Shown: positions 1 to 10,339 of the stretch, one piece after another
Layout: each line of letters starts with the position of its first letter
How positions within the stretch are numbered: the stretch's first letter is position 1
Assembly (NCBI RefSeq): GCF_001465295.1
Contig: NZ_CP011034.1
Location: 330,001 to 362,000 of the forward strand
Reading direction: 5' to 3'
Origin: Pseudoalteromonas translucida KMM 520
GTDB taxonomy: Bacteria; Pseudomonadota; Gammaproteobacteria; Enterobacterales; Alteromonadaceae
Length of the DNA stretch: 32,000 bases
Translations under genes and position numbers: made by a program
The notes under the pieces: generated by a model
The model's input: the letters and a program-made list of their open reading frames with translations, nothing else
Told to the model about the DNA's origin: nothing
Database searches by the model: none

Positions 1-148
1 CGGCTTGTTTTTTTAATATTTTTAAAGCTTGTTGGCTATCTGATACTTCTATAAATTCAAAAACATTTAATTTCTCTAAAGTGGCTCGAATAGTGCCACG
101 CTCAGCACTGCTGGCGTTTAATATTAGCAATTTAAGCTGATTTACCAC
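1..148 (-). CDS. Partial CDS (5' end only, runs off the window): possible CheY-like receiver-domain protein
   Basis: The reverse frame is open from the window edge up to GTG at 148-146 (alternative GTG at 172-170). It translates to VVNQLKLLILNASSAERGTIRATLEKLNVFEFIEVSDSQQALKILKKQA, which resembles the start of a receiver domain but has LN where the acidic DD pair normally sits. It is too short to appear in the ORF track. Confidence 0.25.
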   Translation of the reverse strand, partial: MVNQLKLLILNASSAERGTIRATLEKLNVFEFIEVSDSQQALKILKKQA

Positions 149-347
149 GTTTAGAGTACCCCTAAAAATCACGATTATTCAAAAGGGTAAGAGTAATGAT
201 ATTTACCGCTCAGGACAAGCGTATTTACAGCATGATAATAAATGCTGTAAAACAAGTGTAATTTAATGAGAATTTATCTGATTTCTTGAGCTTCATAAGC
301 GATAGATATACACTTGGCGCGACTTTAAATGATGTGGATTACCAACT

Positions 348-1379
348 ATGCGCGTGGCTGATTTTAGCTTTGACCTTCCCGACGAATTAATTGCTCGTTT
401 TCCTAAGCAAGACAGAACAAGTAGCCGCTTATTGAGCCTAGATGGCCCAAGTGGTGTAGTTGAGCACAAAGTATTTAGTGATTTGCTTGAATTAGTTAAC
501 GAAAACGACTTGTTGGTGTTTAATAACACGCGAGTAATACCTGCCCGTATGTTTGGTCAAAAAGCGTCAGGCGGAAAAGTTGAAGTATTAGTAGAGCGTG
601 TGCTTGATGAGCATAGAGTGCTGGCACATGTACGTGCGAGTAAATCGCTAAAGCCTGGCAACGAAGTAATTCTTGAAGGTAAGGCAAAAGCAACCATGGT
701 TGCGCGTCACGATACCTTATTTGAGCTGGAGTTTGATCATAGCCAAAACGTACTCGATATATTAAATGATATTGGCCATATGCCATTACCGCCGTATATA
801 GATCGCCCTGATAACGAGGCCGATCGTGAGCGTTATCAAACCGTATACGGCGAAAAGCCTGGAGCGGTTGCGGCTCCTACCGCCGGTTTGCACTTTGACG
901 ATAAGTTAATGGCTGCACTAAAAAATAAAGGCGTACAAATGGCCTTTGTTACACTGCATGTTGGAGCGGGGACGTTTCAACCGGTGCGTGTTGCCACGGT
1001 AGATGAGCACATTATGCACTCAGAATACATAGAAGTGCCAGATGATGTGGTTGCCGCTGTAGCAAACACTAAAGCCAATGGTGGCCGTGTTATTGCCATA
1101 GGTACAACGTCTGTACGCTCGCTAGAGTCGGCAGCAAAAGTACACGGTGGCAAGTTAGATACTTACTTTGGTGATACCGATATATTTATTTATCCGGGTT
1201 ATCAATTTAATGTAGTTGATGCCATGATCACTAACTTTCACTTACCTGAGTCAACGCTTATCATGCTGGTAAGTGCCTTTGCCGGACAAAACAATATTAT
1301 GGGCGCATATAACACCGCCATAGAGCAGCAGTATCGTTTTTTTAGTTATGGCGATGCGATGTTTTTAACCCGTAAATAA
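348..1379 (+). CDS. queA: S-adenosylmethionine:tRNA ribosyltransferase-isomerase
   Basis: 343-aa ORF with the N-terminus [16 protein letters not shown] and the C-terminal FFSYGDAMF typical of QueA. It sits in the conserved queA-tgt-yajC-secDF order. Confidence 0.96.
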   Translation: MRVADFSFDLPDELIARFPKQDRTSSRLLSLDGPSGVVEHKVFSDLLELVNENDLLVFNNTRVIPARMFGQKASGGKVEVLVERVLDEHRVLAHVRASKSLKPGNEVILEGKAKATMVARHDTLFELEFDHSQNVLDILNDIGHMPLPPYIDRPDNEADRERYQTVYGEKPGAVAAPTAGLHFDDKLMAALKNKGVQMAFVTLHVGAGTFQPVRVATVDEHIMHSEYIEVPDDVVAAVANTKANGGRVIAIGTTSVRSLESAAKVHGGKLDTYFGDTDIFIYPGYQFNVVDAMITNFHLPESTLIMLVSAFAGQNNIMGAYNTAIEQQYRFFSYGDAMFLTRK

Positions 1380-1457
1380 ACACCACAAAATTTACTTGTT
1401 TAAGCTGGCTATTTGCTTTTAAATCAGCATTGAATTTACCGCAGTTAATAGTATTAA

Positions 1458-2657
<1,200 letters not shown>

Positions 2658-2683
2658 ATTTTAAAAATTAAAGAGGAAGTATC

Positions 2684-3019
2684 ATGAGTTTATTTATTTC
2701 GAATGCCCACGCAAGTACTGGTTCTGCATCTGCCGGTGGCGGAATGGAAATGCTAATAATGTTAGCTATTTTCGGTTTGGTTTTTTACTTTTTGATTTAT
2801 CGCCCGCAAGCTAAGCGTGTTAAAGAGCATAAAAGCTTAATGAGCGCGATGGCTAAAGGTGATGAAGTACTTACCCAAGGCGGTTTAGTGGGTAAAATCG
2901 TAAAAATTGCAGATGATAAAGATTTTGTTGTTATCTCATTAAACGAGCAAGCAGAAGTAACAGTACAAAAATCAGCCGTAACTGCGGTATTGCCAAAAGG
3001 CACAATGAAGTCGCTATAA
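2684..3019 (+). CDS. yajC: Preprotein translocase subunit YajC
   Basis: 111 aa with a single N-terminal TM helix followed by [11 protein letters not shown], the YajC signature. AGAGGAAG RBS lies upstream. The position between tgt and secD fits. Confidence 0.94.
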   Translation: MSLFISNAHASTGSASAGGGMEMLIMLAIFGLVFYFLIYRPQAKRVKEHKSLMSAMAKGDEVLTQGGLVGKIVKIADDKDFVVISLNEQAEVTVQKSAVTAVLPKGTMKSL

Positions 3020-3038
3020 AAATAATAAGGACGACCCC

Positions 3039-4898
3039 GTGTTAAACAAGTTTCCACTTTGGAAGTATTTACTTGTTTTAGCTGTGGTAGCCGTTGGCCT
3101 TTTATATGCCTCTCCAAACTTGTATGGCCGCGATCCGGCTATACAAGTTTCTGGCGCTAAAGGTGCTGATGTTGATCTCAGTGTAATAGACAAAGTAAAC
3201 GCAACCCTCAAAAAACATAACGTTAGCGTTAAATCAACGAAACTAGAAGATGGGCAAATACTCGTTCGCTTTAGAAACGTTGAAGAGCAGCTAAAAGCGC
3301 AAGATTTATTGCGTGACTCTCTTAGCGATGATTACATTTCTGCTATAAACATGGCTCCAGCGCAACCAGCTTGGTTAAAAGCGGTTGGCGGCAACCCAAT
3401 GAAGCTAGGCTTAGACTTAAGTGGTGGTGTGCATTTCACCATGGAAATTGACATGGCGACAGCCGTTGATAACCAGCTTGAGCAAATGGAAGAAGACTTT
3501 CGTAGCGACCTACGTGAAGAAAAGCTTCGTTATCGCAGTGTTCGCCGTGTAGCGGGCTCTGATCGTATGCGTGTAGAAATGCGCAGCGAAGAAGATAAAG
3601 ACGCTGCAGAGCGCTTCTTAAAAACGCAGTATCCATTGAATGTATACATAGATGATAGCAGTAACGATAACGCATTTTATGCGACTATGAGTGAGCAAAA
3701 ACTCAAAGAAATTCGTGATTACGCTATCAAGCAAAACGAAACGATTATTCGTAACCGTATTAACCAAATTGGTGTTGCTGAGCCAAACGTACAGCGTCAA
3801 GGTGCTGAGCGAATTATTGTGCAACTACCCGGCATTCAAGATACCGCACGTGCTAAAGAGATTTTAGGCGCAACGGCCACACTTGAGTTTCGTGAAGTAG
3901 AAGAAAACGCCGATATTAGCGCTGCTGCTCAAGGTCGTATCCCACCGGGTACTGAAATGATCATGAGCCGTGACGGTTACCCAGTGGTACTTAAAAAACG
4001 TATTATTCTTGAAGGTAGCCACATTACTGGCGCGCAATCAGGTAGCGATGAATACCAACGCCCGCAAGTAAGTATTACCCTAGATAGCAAAGGTGGGGCA
4101 AAAATGAATGCCTTTACCAAGCGAGCTATTGGTAAGCGCATGGCCACGGTATTTATTGAATACAAACCATCAGGTAAAAAAGATGCCAACGGTAAAGCGC
4201 TTCCGCCTATTAAGGTTGAAGAAGTTATTAACGTAGCGACTATTCAAGCACGCCTTGATCGCTCGTTCCGTATTACCGGTATTGATAACCCAGCAGAAGC
4301 ACATAACTTAAGCTTATTATTACGTGCTGGCGCACTGGTAGCGCCAATTCAAATAGTTGAAGAGCGCACAGTAGGGCCAAGCTTAGGGCAAGAAAACATT
4401 GAAGCAGGTATGACCGCGGTAGCACTTGGTTTTGCATTCGTACTCGCATTTATGCTTATTTACTACAAAGGCTTTGGCATGGTTGCTAACCTTGCGCTTG
4501 CTGCTAACTTAGTGCTTATTATTGGTGTTATGTCGTTAATTCCAGGCGCAACGCTTACTTTGCCAGGTATTGCCGGTATTGTACTAACCGTAGGTATGGC
4601 GGTTGATGCCAACGTACTTATTTTTGAACGTATTCGTGAAGAGCTGGCCGATGGCCGTAGCCCTCAACAAGCCGTTCATTTTGGTTATGACAGTGCATTT
4701 AGCACTATTTTTGATGCCAATATTACCACCTTAATTGCTGCCGTTATTTTGTTTGCTGTGGGCACTGGCCCAATTGCAGGCTTTGCGGTTACGTTAGCAA
4801 TTGGTATTTTAACGTCAATGTTTACAGCTATTGTTGGTACGCGTGCGATTATCAACTTATTTATCGGCGGTAAACGTGTTGATAAACTTTCAATTTAA
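3039..4898 (+). CDS. secD: Protein translocase subunit SecD
   Basis: 619 aa with a GTG start. The N-terminus [14 protein letters not shown]...LYASPNLYG is followed by a large periplasmic domain and a C-terminal 5-TM RND-like bundle. Confidence 0.97.
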   Translation: MLNKFPLWKYLLVLAVVAVGLLYASPNLYGRDPAIQVSGAKGADVDLSVIDKVNATLKKHNVSVKSTKLEDGQILVRFRNVEEQLKAQDLLRDSLSDDYISAINMAPAQPAWLKAVGGNPMKLGLDLSGGVHFTMEIDMATAVDNQLEQMEEDFRSDLREEKLRYRSVRRVAGSDRMRVEMRSEEDKDAAERFLKTQYPLNVYIDDSSNDNAFYATMSEQKLKEIRDYAIKQNETIIRNRINQIGVAEPNVQRQGAERIIVQLPGIQDTARAKEILGATATLEFREVEENADISAAAQGRIPPGTEMIMSRDGYPVVLKKRIILEGSHITGAQSGSDEYQRPQVSITLDSKGGAKMNAFTKRAIGKRMATVFIEYKPSGKKDANGKALPPIKVEEVINVATIQARLDRSFRITGIDNPAEAHNLSLLLRAGALVAPIQIVEERTVGPSLGQENIEAGMTAVALGFAFVLAFMLIYYKGFGMVANLALAANLVLIIGVMSLIPGATLTLPGIAGIVLTVGMAVDANVLIFERIREELADGRSPQQAVHFGYDSAFSTIFDANITTLIAAVILFAVGTGPIAGFAVTLAIGILTSMFTAIVGTRAIINLFIGGKRVDKLSI

Positions 4899-4907
4899 GG
4901 AGTAGCC

Positions 4908-5855
4908 ATGCAAATTTTAAAATTGGGTAGCAAAACCCTACGTTTCATGTCTCTTCGAAAAGTGGCAATGGGTTTTTCAACGTTATTAATTTTAGCGTCG
5001 TTTATAGCGGTTTTTACTAAAGGCTTAAACTTTGGTTTAGATTTTACCGGTGGTACTGCCGTTGAAGTTGGCTTTTCGCAACCTGCAGATCTTAAAAAGG
5101 TGCGTAATGTACTTGCCGAAAATGGCTTTGCAGATGCATCGGTACAATTGTTTGGTTCAAGCCAAGAAATTTTAGTTCGTTTAGCGCCGCGCGGCGATGA
5201 CGTAAAAGCTGAAGTTATTGGTAACCAAGTTATTGCTGCACTAAAGCTAGCAGACGAAAGCGTAGTAATGCGCCGTATTGAGTTTGTTGGCCCAAGCGTA
5301 GGTGAAGACCTAAAAGAGCAGGGTGGCCTGGCCATGTTAACTGCACTTATTTGTATCTTGATTTATGTAGCGTTTCGCTTTGAATGGCGTTTTGCAGTAG
5401 GCGCAGTAAGCGGCTTAATTCACGATGTTATTATTACCGTTGGCTTATTTTCGGTATTAGGTTTAGAGTTCGATTTGACCATATTAGCGGCTATATTAGC
5501 GGTAATAGGTTACTCACTAAACGATACCATTGTAGTATCTGACCGTATTCGTGAAAACTTCCGCAAAGTGCGTATTGATGACACGATAGAAATTATCGAT
5601 ATTTCTTTAACACAAACGCTTAATCGTACCTTAGTAACATCAATTACCACTATTTTAGTATTAATTGCCTTGTTTATTTGGGGCGGTCAAACTATTCATG
5701 GCTTTGCTACTGCATTGTTATTTGGTGTGTTTATTGGTACTTATTCATCTATTTACGTTGCCAGCTCAGTTGCTATTACACTTGGTGTAAGTAAAGAAGA
5801 TTTAATACCAGAAGTGATTGAAAAAGAAGGTGCTGATCTAGACGCTATGCCGTAA
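4908..5855 (+). CDS. secF: Protein translocase subunit SecF
   Basis: 315 aa with an AAGGAG RBS. It carries the GLNFGLDFTGGT motif and a C-terminal TM bundle, and lies immediately after secD. Confidence 0.97.
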   Translation: MQILKLGSKTLRFMSLRKVAMGFSTLLILASFIAVFTKGLNFGLDFTGGTAVEVGFSQPADLKKVRNVLAENGFADASVQLFGSSQEILVRLAPRGDDVKAEVIGNQVIAALKLADESVVMRRIEFVGPSVGEDLKEQGGLAMLTALICILIYVAFRFEWRFAVGAVSGLIHDVIITVGLFSVLGLEFDLTILAAILAVIGYSLNDTIVVSDRIRENFRKVRIDDTIEIIDISLTQTLNRTLVTSITTILVLIALFIWGGQTIHGFATALLFGVFIGTYSSIYVASSVAITLGVSKEDLIPEVIEKEGADLDAMP

Positions 5856-5879
5856 TAGATTTGTGAGCCGATATTAACC

Positions 5880-5890
5880 GCCCATCTGGG
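5880..5890. repeat. Target-site duplication, left copy (GCCCATCTGGG)
   Basis: An identical 11-mer directly abuts both IS termini (5880-5890 and 7317-7327). Confidence 0.8.
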
Positions 5891-5894
5891 TAAT

Positions 5895-5926
5895 GCCAGT
5901 CAGTTAACACTGACTGGCTTTTTTTT
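5895..5926 (+). terminator. Intrinsic-terminator-like hairpin inside the IS left end, facing inward-reading (secF) transcription
   Basis: GCCAGTCAG (5895-5903) pairs with CTGACTGGC (5910-5918) across a 6-nt loop, followed by a run of 8 T (5919-5926). It overlaps the transposase stop codon on the other strand. Confidence 0.6.
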
Positions 5927-7225
5927 ATACGGATATTTAGATGGTTTCTTTTTCACACATCGTGGAAAGCTGCGCTCATGACGCCTTGTCGGTAACTGAA
6001 ATAGCGTCAGCGTTTCTAATAAATGCTCATAGTGTTTTGGTAAATTTCCCGGACTTGTCAGTGGGATAGTTAACAGAAATACGTTGATATGCCTTGAACA
6101 ATGAGAAAAACTCAGTTGATTTGGCCATACTTCCAGTAACTCTGCCGCCTCACGCATGGCTATTCTTATAATATTGTAGGCAATTAGTAACCCCCACAAT
6201 TCTTGCCTTATCATATCCGGCCTTTTTGAGCGTAGGATATAGTTTGAGTGCAGCATCGTTTGTTTTATTTCTCGATATCCTATTTCTATTTCCCAGCGAT
6301 GCATGTACAAATCAGCTATTTCTTTTGATGGGTAACGCATTACATCAAGCATTGATGTAAGAATCTGATACTGCTTATTATTATGCGTGTAGGTAAGCAG
6401 CCGAGCTTCTATAAACTCTGGCAAGTCAGTAAACTTTTTTCGCGCTTGTGGCGATGTTTTAAGACGCACTAACTGGTCATTTTTACTCATTTTCTTTATA
6501 GTATCAACCGTTAAGCCTTTTCTGACCGGTATCATCCAGTGTCTTTCAGTCCCTGCTTGATGCCAACGATGCAAAAGCCCTAATGAATAATAACCGCGAT
6601 CAAATAAGGTTAATGAGTTATCCGGTGTGCCTTCAATGAGTTCTTCAGCGAGTGTCATCTCCCCTTGATGCTGCCCGTTAAAAGCACAATTAATGAGTTG
6701 ATGACTCGTTAGCTCCATGTGGCATACCATCCGAATTTGCGGATAGGTATTTTCACCATACTGGGTTGAGCCACATCCAAATACGTCTTTATTCTCTGGC
6801 GTATCATGTGTACGAAAGACAACCCCATCAACAGCTAATAGATTTAAGCCACAAAATGTATCAAAGTGGGCATGATTATAATGCCGTGACGCCATCATCT
6901 TGAAGACCTGCTCGACAGCACCTTCACCTAAGCGTTGTCTCGCTTGAACCATGGCACTAGGGGCAACTAGTTTCCCTTTACCTGGTAAGGCGATGTCCAT
7001 TTTAGAGGCTATATCCCAAACAGATTCATGACGAAATAAACTCATACCAATCACAGACCAAACGACAGCGTCGAGTGGTAAACGACGTTTACGAACGGTG
7101 GCGACCCCCGATTTTTCAAAAGCTTGGTTAAGTAATTCGGGATCTAATATGCCAGATAAGTTATCAAGCGCTGTAAATTCCTCGGCAGATGAGAAAGTGG
7201 TCGAAAGAGCTGTTTGAATATCCAT
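5900..7225 (-). CDS. IS4-family DDE transposase
   Basis: 441 aa. The IS4-family signature Y-x2-R-x3-E-x6-K is present exactly as [15 protein letters not shown]. Candidate DDE aspartates lie in LLAVDGVVF and [10 protein letters not shown]. From memory, the overall sequence is collinear with E. coli IS4 InsG (RKRRLPL..., [22 protein letters not shown]). Confidence 0.93.
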   Translation of the reverse strand: MDIQTALSTTFSSAEEFTALDNLSGILDPELLNQAFEKSGVATVRKRRLPLDAVVWSVIGMSLFRHESVWDIASKMDIALPGKGKLVAPSAMVQARQRLGEGAVEQVFKMMASRHYNHAHFDTFCGLNLLAVDGVVFRTHDTPENKDVFGCGSTQYGENTYPQIRMVCHMELTSHQLINCAFNGQHQGEMTLAEELIEGTPDNSLTLFDRGYYSLGLLHRWHQAGTERHWMIPVRKGLTVDTIKKMSKNDQLVRLKTSPQARKKFTDLPEFIEARLLTYTHNNKQYQILTSMLDVMRYPSKEIADLYMHRWEIEIGYREIKQTMLHSNYILRSKRPDMIRQELWGLLIAYNIIRIAMREAAELLEVWPNQLSFSHCSRHINVFLLTIPLTSPGNLPKHYEHLLETLTLFQLPTRRHERSFPRCVKKKPSKYPYKKKPVSVN

Positions 7226-7229
7226 AAAA

Positions 7230-7260
7230 AATCCGTAATTAGCGAAACTAATTACGGATT
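7230..7260 (-). promoter_or_regulatory. 13-bp perfect hairpin plus T-run immediately upstream of the transposase ATG
   Basis: AATCCGTAATTAG (7230-7242) pairs with CTAATTACGGATT (7248-7260) across a 5-nt loop. On the minus strand the hairpin is followed by TTTTT and then ATG (7225). No Shine-Dalgarno sequence is visible. Confidence 0.5.
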
Positions 7261-7285
7261 ATTCACGATCATTTAGATCGGTCAA
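7257..7285 (-). promoter_or_regulatory. Candidate transposase promoter (TTGACC-N17-ATAATC, TG-extended)
   Basis: On the minus strand, TTGACC (7285-7280) is followed by a 17-nt spacer and then ATAATC (7262-7257), which is preceded by TGA. The -10 element overlaps the 5' arm of the hairpin. Confidence 0.35.
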
Positions 7286-7316
7286 CCGATCAATTAACCT
7301 TAACTGATCGGCATTA

Positions 7317-7327
7317 GCCCATCTGGG
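7317..7327. repeat. Target-site duplication, right copy (GCCCATCTGGG)
   Basis: Identical to 5880-5890 and directly abuts the right IS terminus. Confidence 0.8.
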
Positions 7328-7415
7328 CGGTTTTTTATTGCCTGCAGATTGCCATAAAAATGTCATATTCGCTTGCTACTTTACCTTGAGCAAATCGTAA
7401 TAGAGCTTAGCAATA

Positions 7416-9194
7416 ATGAAGCAGCGTAAATTATTAAATGAAATTTTAGAAAATGGCACAATTACCACCTTGTTTCAGCCGCTTTTTGATATTAGCAGGC
7501 AGACCATTCTCGGTTATGAAGCACTCAGCAGAGGGCCTAAAAATAGCTGTTTAGAAATGCCTAATACACTGTTTCAGGCGGCTCATCAATATGGTCTGAT
7601 TTCAGAGCTTGAGCTACTGTGCCGCTCTAAAGCTATTGAGAACTTTGTGCATTTGAAACTGCAGGGCAAACTATTTTTAAATGTTAGTCCTAAAACGTTA
7701 CTCGACCCAAGTCATCCTAAAGGCGAAACACTGCATCTCATTAAGCAGTTTGGTTTAGCAGCTAACAGGGTGGTGATAGAGGTAACAGAGCAAGAAAGAG
7801 TCGAGGATGAGTTTTTACTACAAAAAACCATGGCACATTACCGCTCTTTAGGCTTCACTATTGCAATTGATGACTTAGGTGCGGGGTATTCTGGGTTAAA
7901 ACAATGGTCGGAGTTATGCCCAGACTTTGTGAAAATCGATCGTTATTTTATCGATCATTGCGATAAAAGTGTGGTTAAAAAAGAGTTTTTAAAGTTAATA
8001 ACAGCTCTGGCAAAAGTAACCAATACGACAGTGATTGCAGAGGGAATTGAACGAGCAGAAGAGTTAACTGTGTTAGAAGGAATGGGTATCAACTATGTGC
8101 AAGGGTTTTTACTTGAACGACCAAGTAATAAACCAAGTTATGTGCTTTCAGCAAGGCAAGTTCAAGCACTGAGCTTTGCCGCAAATACAAACCAGTTAAA
8201 TAACTCTATGGCTATTGGTTGGCTTGCAGTAGCGCAGCAAACAATTGATAGCGAAACCAGTTGTAAAGACGCCCATGCGCTATTTGAACGAGATAAATTA
8301 ATTGCCAGCCTAGTGGTAATTAATTCGCAGTGTCAGCCAATTGGCTTGCTCCACAAAGAGCAACTTAGTGAAGTGTTTGCAGCGGCCTATGGCCATGCTT
8401 TGTATGACAAGCGTGCGGCCACTGTAGTAATGGACAGGCAACCGCTAGTGGTAGATGAAAACCAGCTGCTAGATAACGTTAGTCAGCAAATTACCGAATG
8501 CGACTTTGATATTCGCCGCCATATAGTGATCACCCGAGGGCAGCAGTATTTAGGCATTGTGCCAGTACGCGACATATTAAAACATATAACAGATGAAAAA
8601 ATTCGTCATGCGCAGCACGCTAACCCATTAACTATGTTACCCGGTAATCTAGCTCTTAACGATGCCATAGAGCGGCGTTTAGCTGCACAGAAGGCGTTTT
8701 CATTAGCGTATTTAGATTTGAACCATTTTAAACAGTTTAATGATTTATTTGGTTATGCTAGCGGTGATAGTGTCATTAAACTATTAGCAAATATTACAAT
8801 GCAGGCGTGTAGTAATACAAACAGTTTTGTTGGCCATATTGGCGGCGATGACTTTATGGTGCTATTTGATGATAATAATGCTGCCACAGTGTGCGAGCAT
8901 ATTATTCGCCAATTTGAAATAGAGTCACAGGTGTTTTTTAGTTCCGAACATATTAAAAATAAGGGGTACTGGAGTGAAAATAGAGAAGGGCAGCCACAAT
9001 TTGTGCCATTAGTAACACTGGCAATAGGCTTGGTTACTCCCGATTTACACCATTATAAGAATAGCCATCAGGTTGCAGCATTGGCCAGTAATGCTAAAAA
9101 ATCAGCAAAGCGCTTTGCTCATAGCCATTTGTTTTTATGTCAGCGTAGTAAGCCAAGTAGTGTGGTTGCTAGGTTAGAACAACAAGCAGTTTAA
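7416..9194 (+). CDS. c-di-GMP signalling protein: N-terminal EAL phosphodiesterase, CBS pair, C-terminal degenerate GGDEF (GGDDF)
   Basis: The EAL motifs are intact: YEALSRGP, EVTEQE, DDLGAGYSGL, KIDRYF, EGIE, QGF. The central region has CBS-like repeats (IGLLHKEQL, LGIVPVRDILKHI). The C-terminal domain begins NPLTMLPGN and carries HIGGDDFMVLF. Confidence 0.88.
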   Translation: MKQRKLLNEILENGTITTLFQPLFDISRQTILGYEALSRGPKNSCLEMPNTLFQAAHQYGLISELELLCRSKAIENFVHLKLQGKLFLNVSPKTLLDPSHPKGETLHLIKQFGLAANRVVIEVTEQERVEDEFLLQKTMAHYRSLGFTIAIDDLGAGYSGLKQWSELCPDFVKIDRYFIDHCDKSVVKKEFLKLITALAKVTNTTVIAEGIERAEELTVLEGMGINYVQGFLLERPSNKPSYVLSARQVQALSFAANTNQLNNSMAIGWLAVAQQTIDSETSCKDAHALFERDKLIASLVVINSQCQPIGLLHKEQLSEVFAAAYGHALYDKRAATVVMDRQPLVVDENQLLDNVSQQITECDFDIRRHIVITRGQQYLGIVPVRDILKHITDEKIRHAQHANPLTMLPGNLALNDAIERRLAAQKAFSLAYLDLNHFKQFNDLFGYASGDSVIKLLANITMQACSNTNSFVGHIGGDDFMVLFDDNNAATVCEHIIRQFEIESQVFFSSEHIKNKGYWSENREGQPQFVPLVTLAIGLVTPDLHHYKNSHQVAALASNAKKSAKRFAHSHLFLCQRSKPSSVVARLEQQAV

Positions 9195-9222
9195 TCGTTA
9201 TAAATAATTTTTTGCAGACAAC

Positions 9223-9248
9223 AAAAAAGGAGCCTAAGCTCCTTTTTT
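9223..9248. terminator. Bidirectional intrinsic terminator between convergent genes
   Basis: AAAAAAGGAGC / loop CTAA / GCTCCTTTTTT. The A-run and T-run flank the stem, so it can serve both the EAL-GGDEF gene and suhB. Confidence 0.8.
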
Positions 9249-9265
9249 AAACCATGCAATTTTTA

Positions 9266-10069
9266 TTAACGAAGTAATGACTCAGTTAATACAGGGCGAA
9301 TTTCGCGAATTATTGCTTGGGTTAGCTTAGGTGCGCCACAAATAATGTTACCACTATTGTTATAGTTTACGCCGCCAGCAAAATCTACAACCATGCCGCC
9401 AGCTTCTTTTACTAATAACTCGCCTGCAGCAGTATCCCAAGGTTTTAAACCAATTTCGAAAAAGCCATCAACGCGTCCAGCAGCCACATAAGCCATGTCT
9501 AGCGCAGCAGAGCCCGCACGACGGATATCAGCAGTATGTACGAATAAAGCTTTAAACGCTTCTGTGTATGCATCTAGGTGTTGTTTTTGCTTGAAAGGAA
9601 AGCCAGTAGCTAAGATTGAACCGCCTAAATCAACTGTTTTAGAAACGCGTAAACGTTTGCTATTAAGTTGTGCGCCTTGACCACGAGAGGCAGTGAAAAG
9701 CTCACCACGAATTGGATCATAAATAACGGCCTGGTCTAAACGACCTTTTACTTTAAGTGCGATAGAAACCGCAAAATGAGGAATACCCTTGATGAAGTTC
9801 GTTGTGCCATCAAGCGGGTCAACAATCCATTGGTAATCTGCATCCTTACCTTTATGCTCGCCTAATTCTTCACCAACAATGCAGTGATCAGGGTAAGAGC
9901 GTAAAATGGTATCGCGAATTATAGCTTCTGCTTCTTTATCAATGTTAGTCACTAAATCGTTAGTGCCTTTTTGTTGAACTTCAACTTTTGATAAATCTTC
10001 ACTTGCACGAAGTATAATTTTGCCTGCGTTACGCGCAGCGCGAACCGCAATGTTTAACATTGGATGCAT
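9266..10069 (-). CDS. suhB: Inositol-1-monophosphatase family protein SuhB
   Basis: From ATG 10069 it gives MHPMLNIAVRAARNAGKII, a typical SuhB N-terminus. IMPase motifs are present: EELG, WIVDPLDGTTNF, WDTAAG. The ORF-track start at 10138 adds 23 residues that do not look like SuhB. Confidence 0.93.
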   Translation of the reverse strand: MHPMLNIAVRAARNAGKIILRASEDLSKVEVQQKGTNDLVTNIDKEAEAIIRDTILRSYPDHCIVGEELGEHKGKDADYQWIVDPLDGTTNFIKGIPHFAVSIALKVKGRLDQAVIYDPIRGELFTASRGQGAQLNSKRLRVSKTVDLGGSILATGFPFKQKQHLDAYTEAFKALFVHTADIRRAGSAALDMAYVAAGRVDGFFEIGLKPWDTAAGELLVKEAGGMVVDFAGGVNYNNSGNIICGAPKLTQAIIREIRPVLTESLLR

Positions 10070-10339
10070 GGTATTACCTTTGGGTTGTAAAAGAACGTTT
10101 ATATATTTTAGCTGGCGTATTTTAGCGACTTTTACCATAAAGTAAACAATAAAGCCTAAATACTTTTGTTTGTTTTTTGTACTTGCTTGATGTGCAGGGC
10201 ATTTTATACAAATTCAGCATTGATGAATCTGCAAAGCGTTTTTTAATGTGTTCTAGTGCTTTAAAAATGTAGCATGTTTTTTACTCTTTAACCTGGGCCC
10301 AAGTTATAAAGCTATGAACATGCTTTTATAGGTAGTTCA

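Larger units (their letters stand above)
5891..7316 (-). mobile_element. Complete IS4-family (IS4-type) insertion sequence, 1426 bp
   Basis: The terminal inverted repeats are TAATGCCAGTCAGTTAAC (5891-5908) and the reverse complement of 7299-7316, TAATGCCGATCAGTTAAG (15 of 18 identical). It contains a single 441-aa DDE transposase ORF and is flanked by an 11-bp direct duplication. Confidence 0.92.

Noticed and set aside
150-175. preQ1-I-riboswitch-like element upstream of queA (TTTAG / loop AGTACCC / CTAAA, then an A-rich tail)
   Set aside because: The loop is too short (7 nt) and lacks the conserved loop/tail pairing of preQ1-I aptamers. It lies about 170 nt from the queA start and overlaps the start region of the putative divergent ORF. 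As far as I know, queA is not a usual preQ1-riboswitch target.
4895-5335. 146-aa antisense ORF inside secF, and similar antisense or alternate-frame ORFs (for example 1706-2056, 2797-3117, 11382-11699, 25632-26015, 31057-31443, 21515-21823)
   Set aside because: Each lies entirely within a well-supported conserved gene on the opposite strand or in another frame. They have biased, low-complexity composition, lack RBSs and match no recognisable family, so they are typical shadow ORFs.
7317-7336. Residual right half of the split secF terminator acting as a terminator for transcripts leaving the IS
   Set aside because: The remaining GCCCA-TC-TGGGC could only form a 5-bp stem with a 2-nt loop, which is sterically implausible. 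It is better explained as a leftover of the target duplication.
7291-7340. Outward-facing hybrid promoter from the IS right end driving the EAL-CBS-GGDEF gene
   Set aside because: The TTAACC/TTAACT hexamers in the IS end are not followed by any acceptable -10 element at 16-18 bp in the flanking DNA, so the sequence gives no support.
10070-10138. 23-residue N-terminal extension of suhB in the ORF track
   Set aside because: The extension (MVKVAKIRQLKYINVLLQPKGNT) does not look like SuhB. The family N-terminus MHPMLNIAVRAAR starts at ATG 10069.
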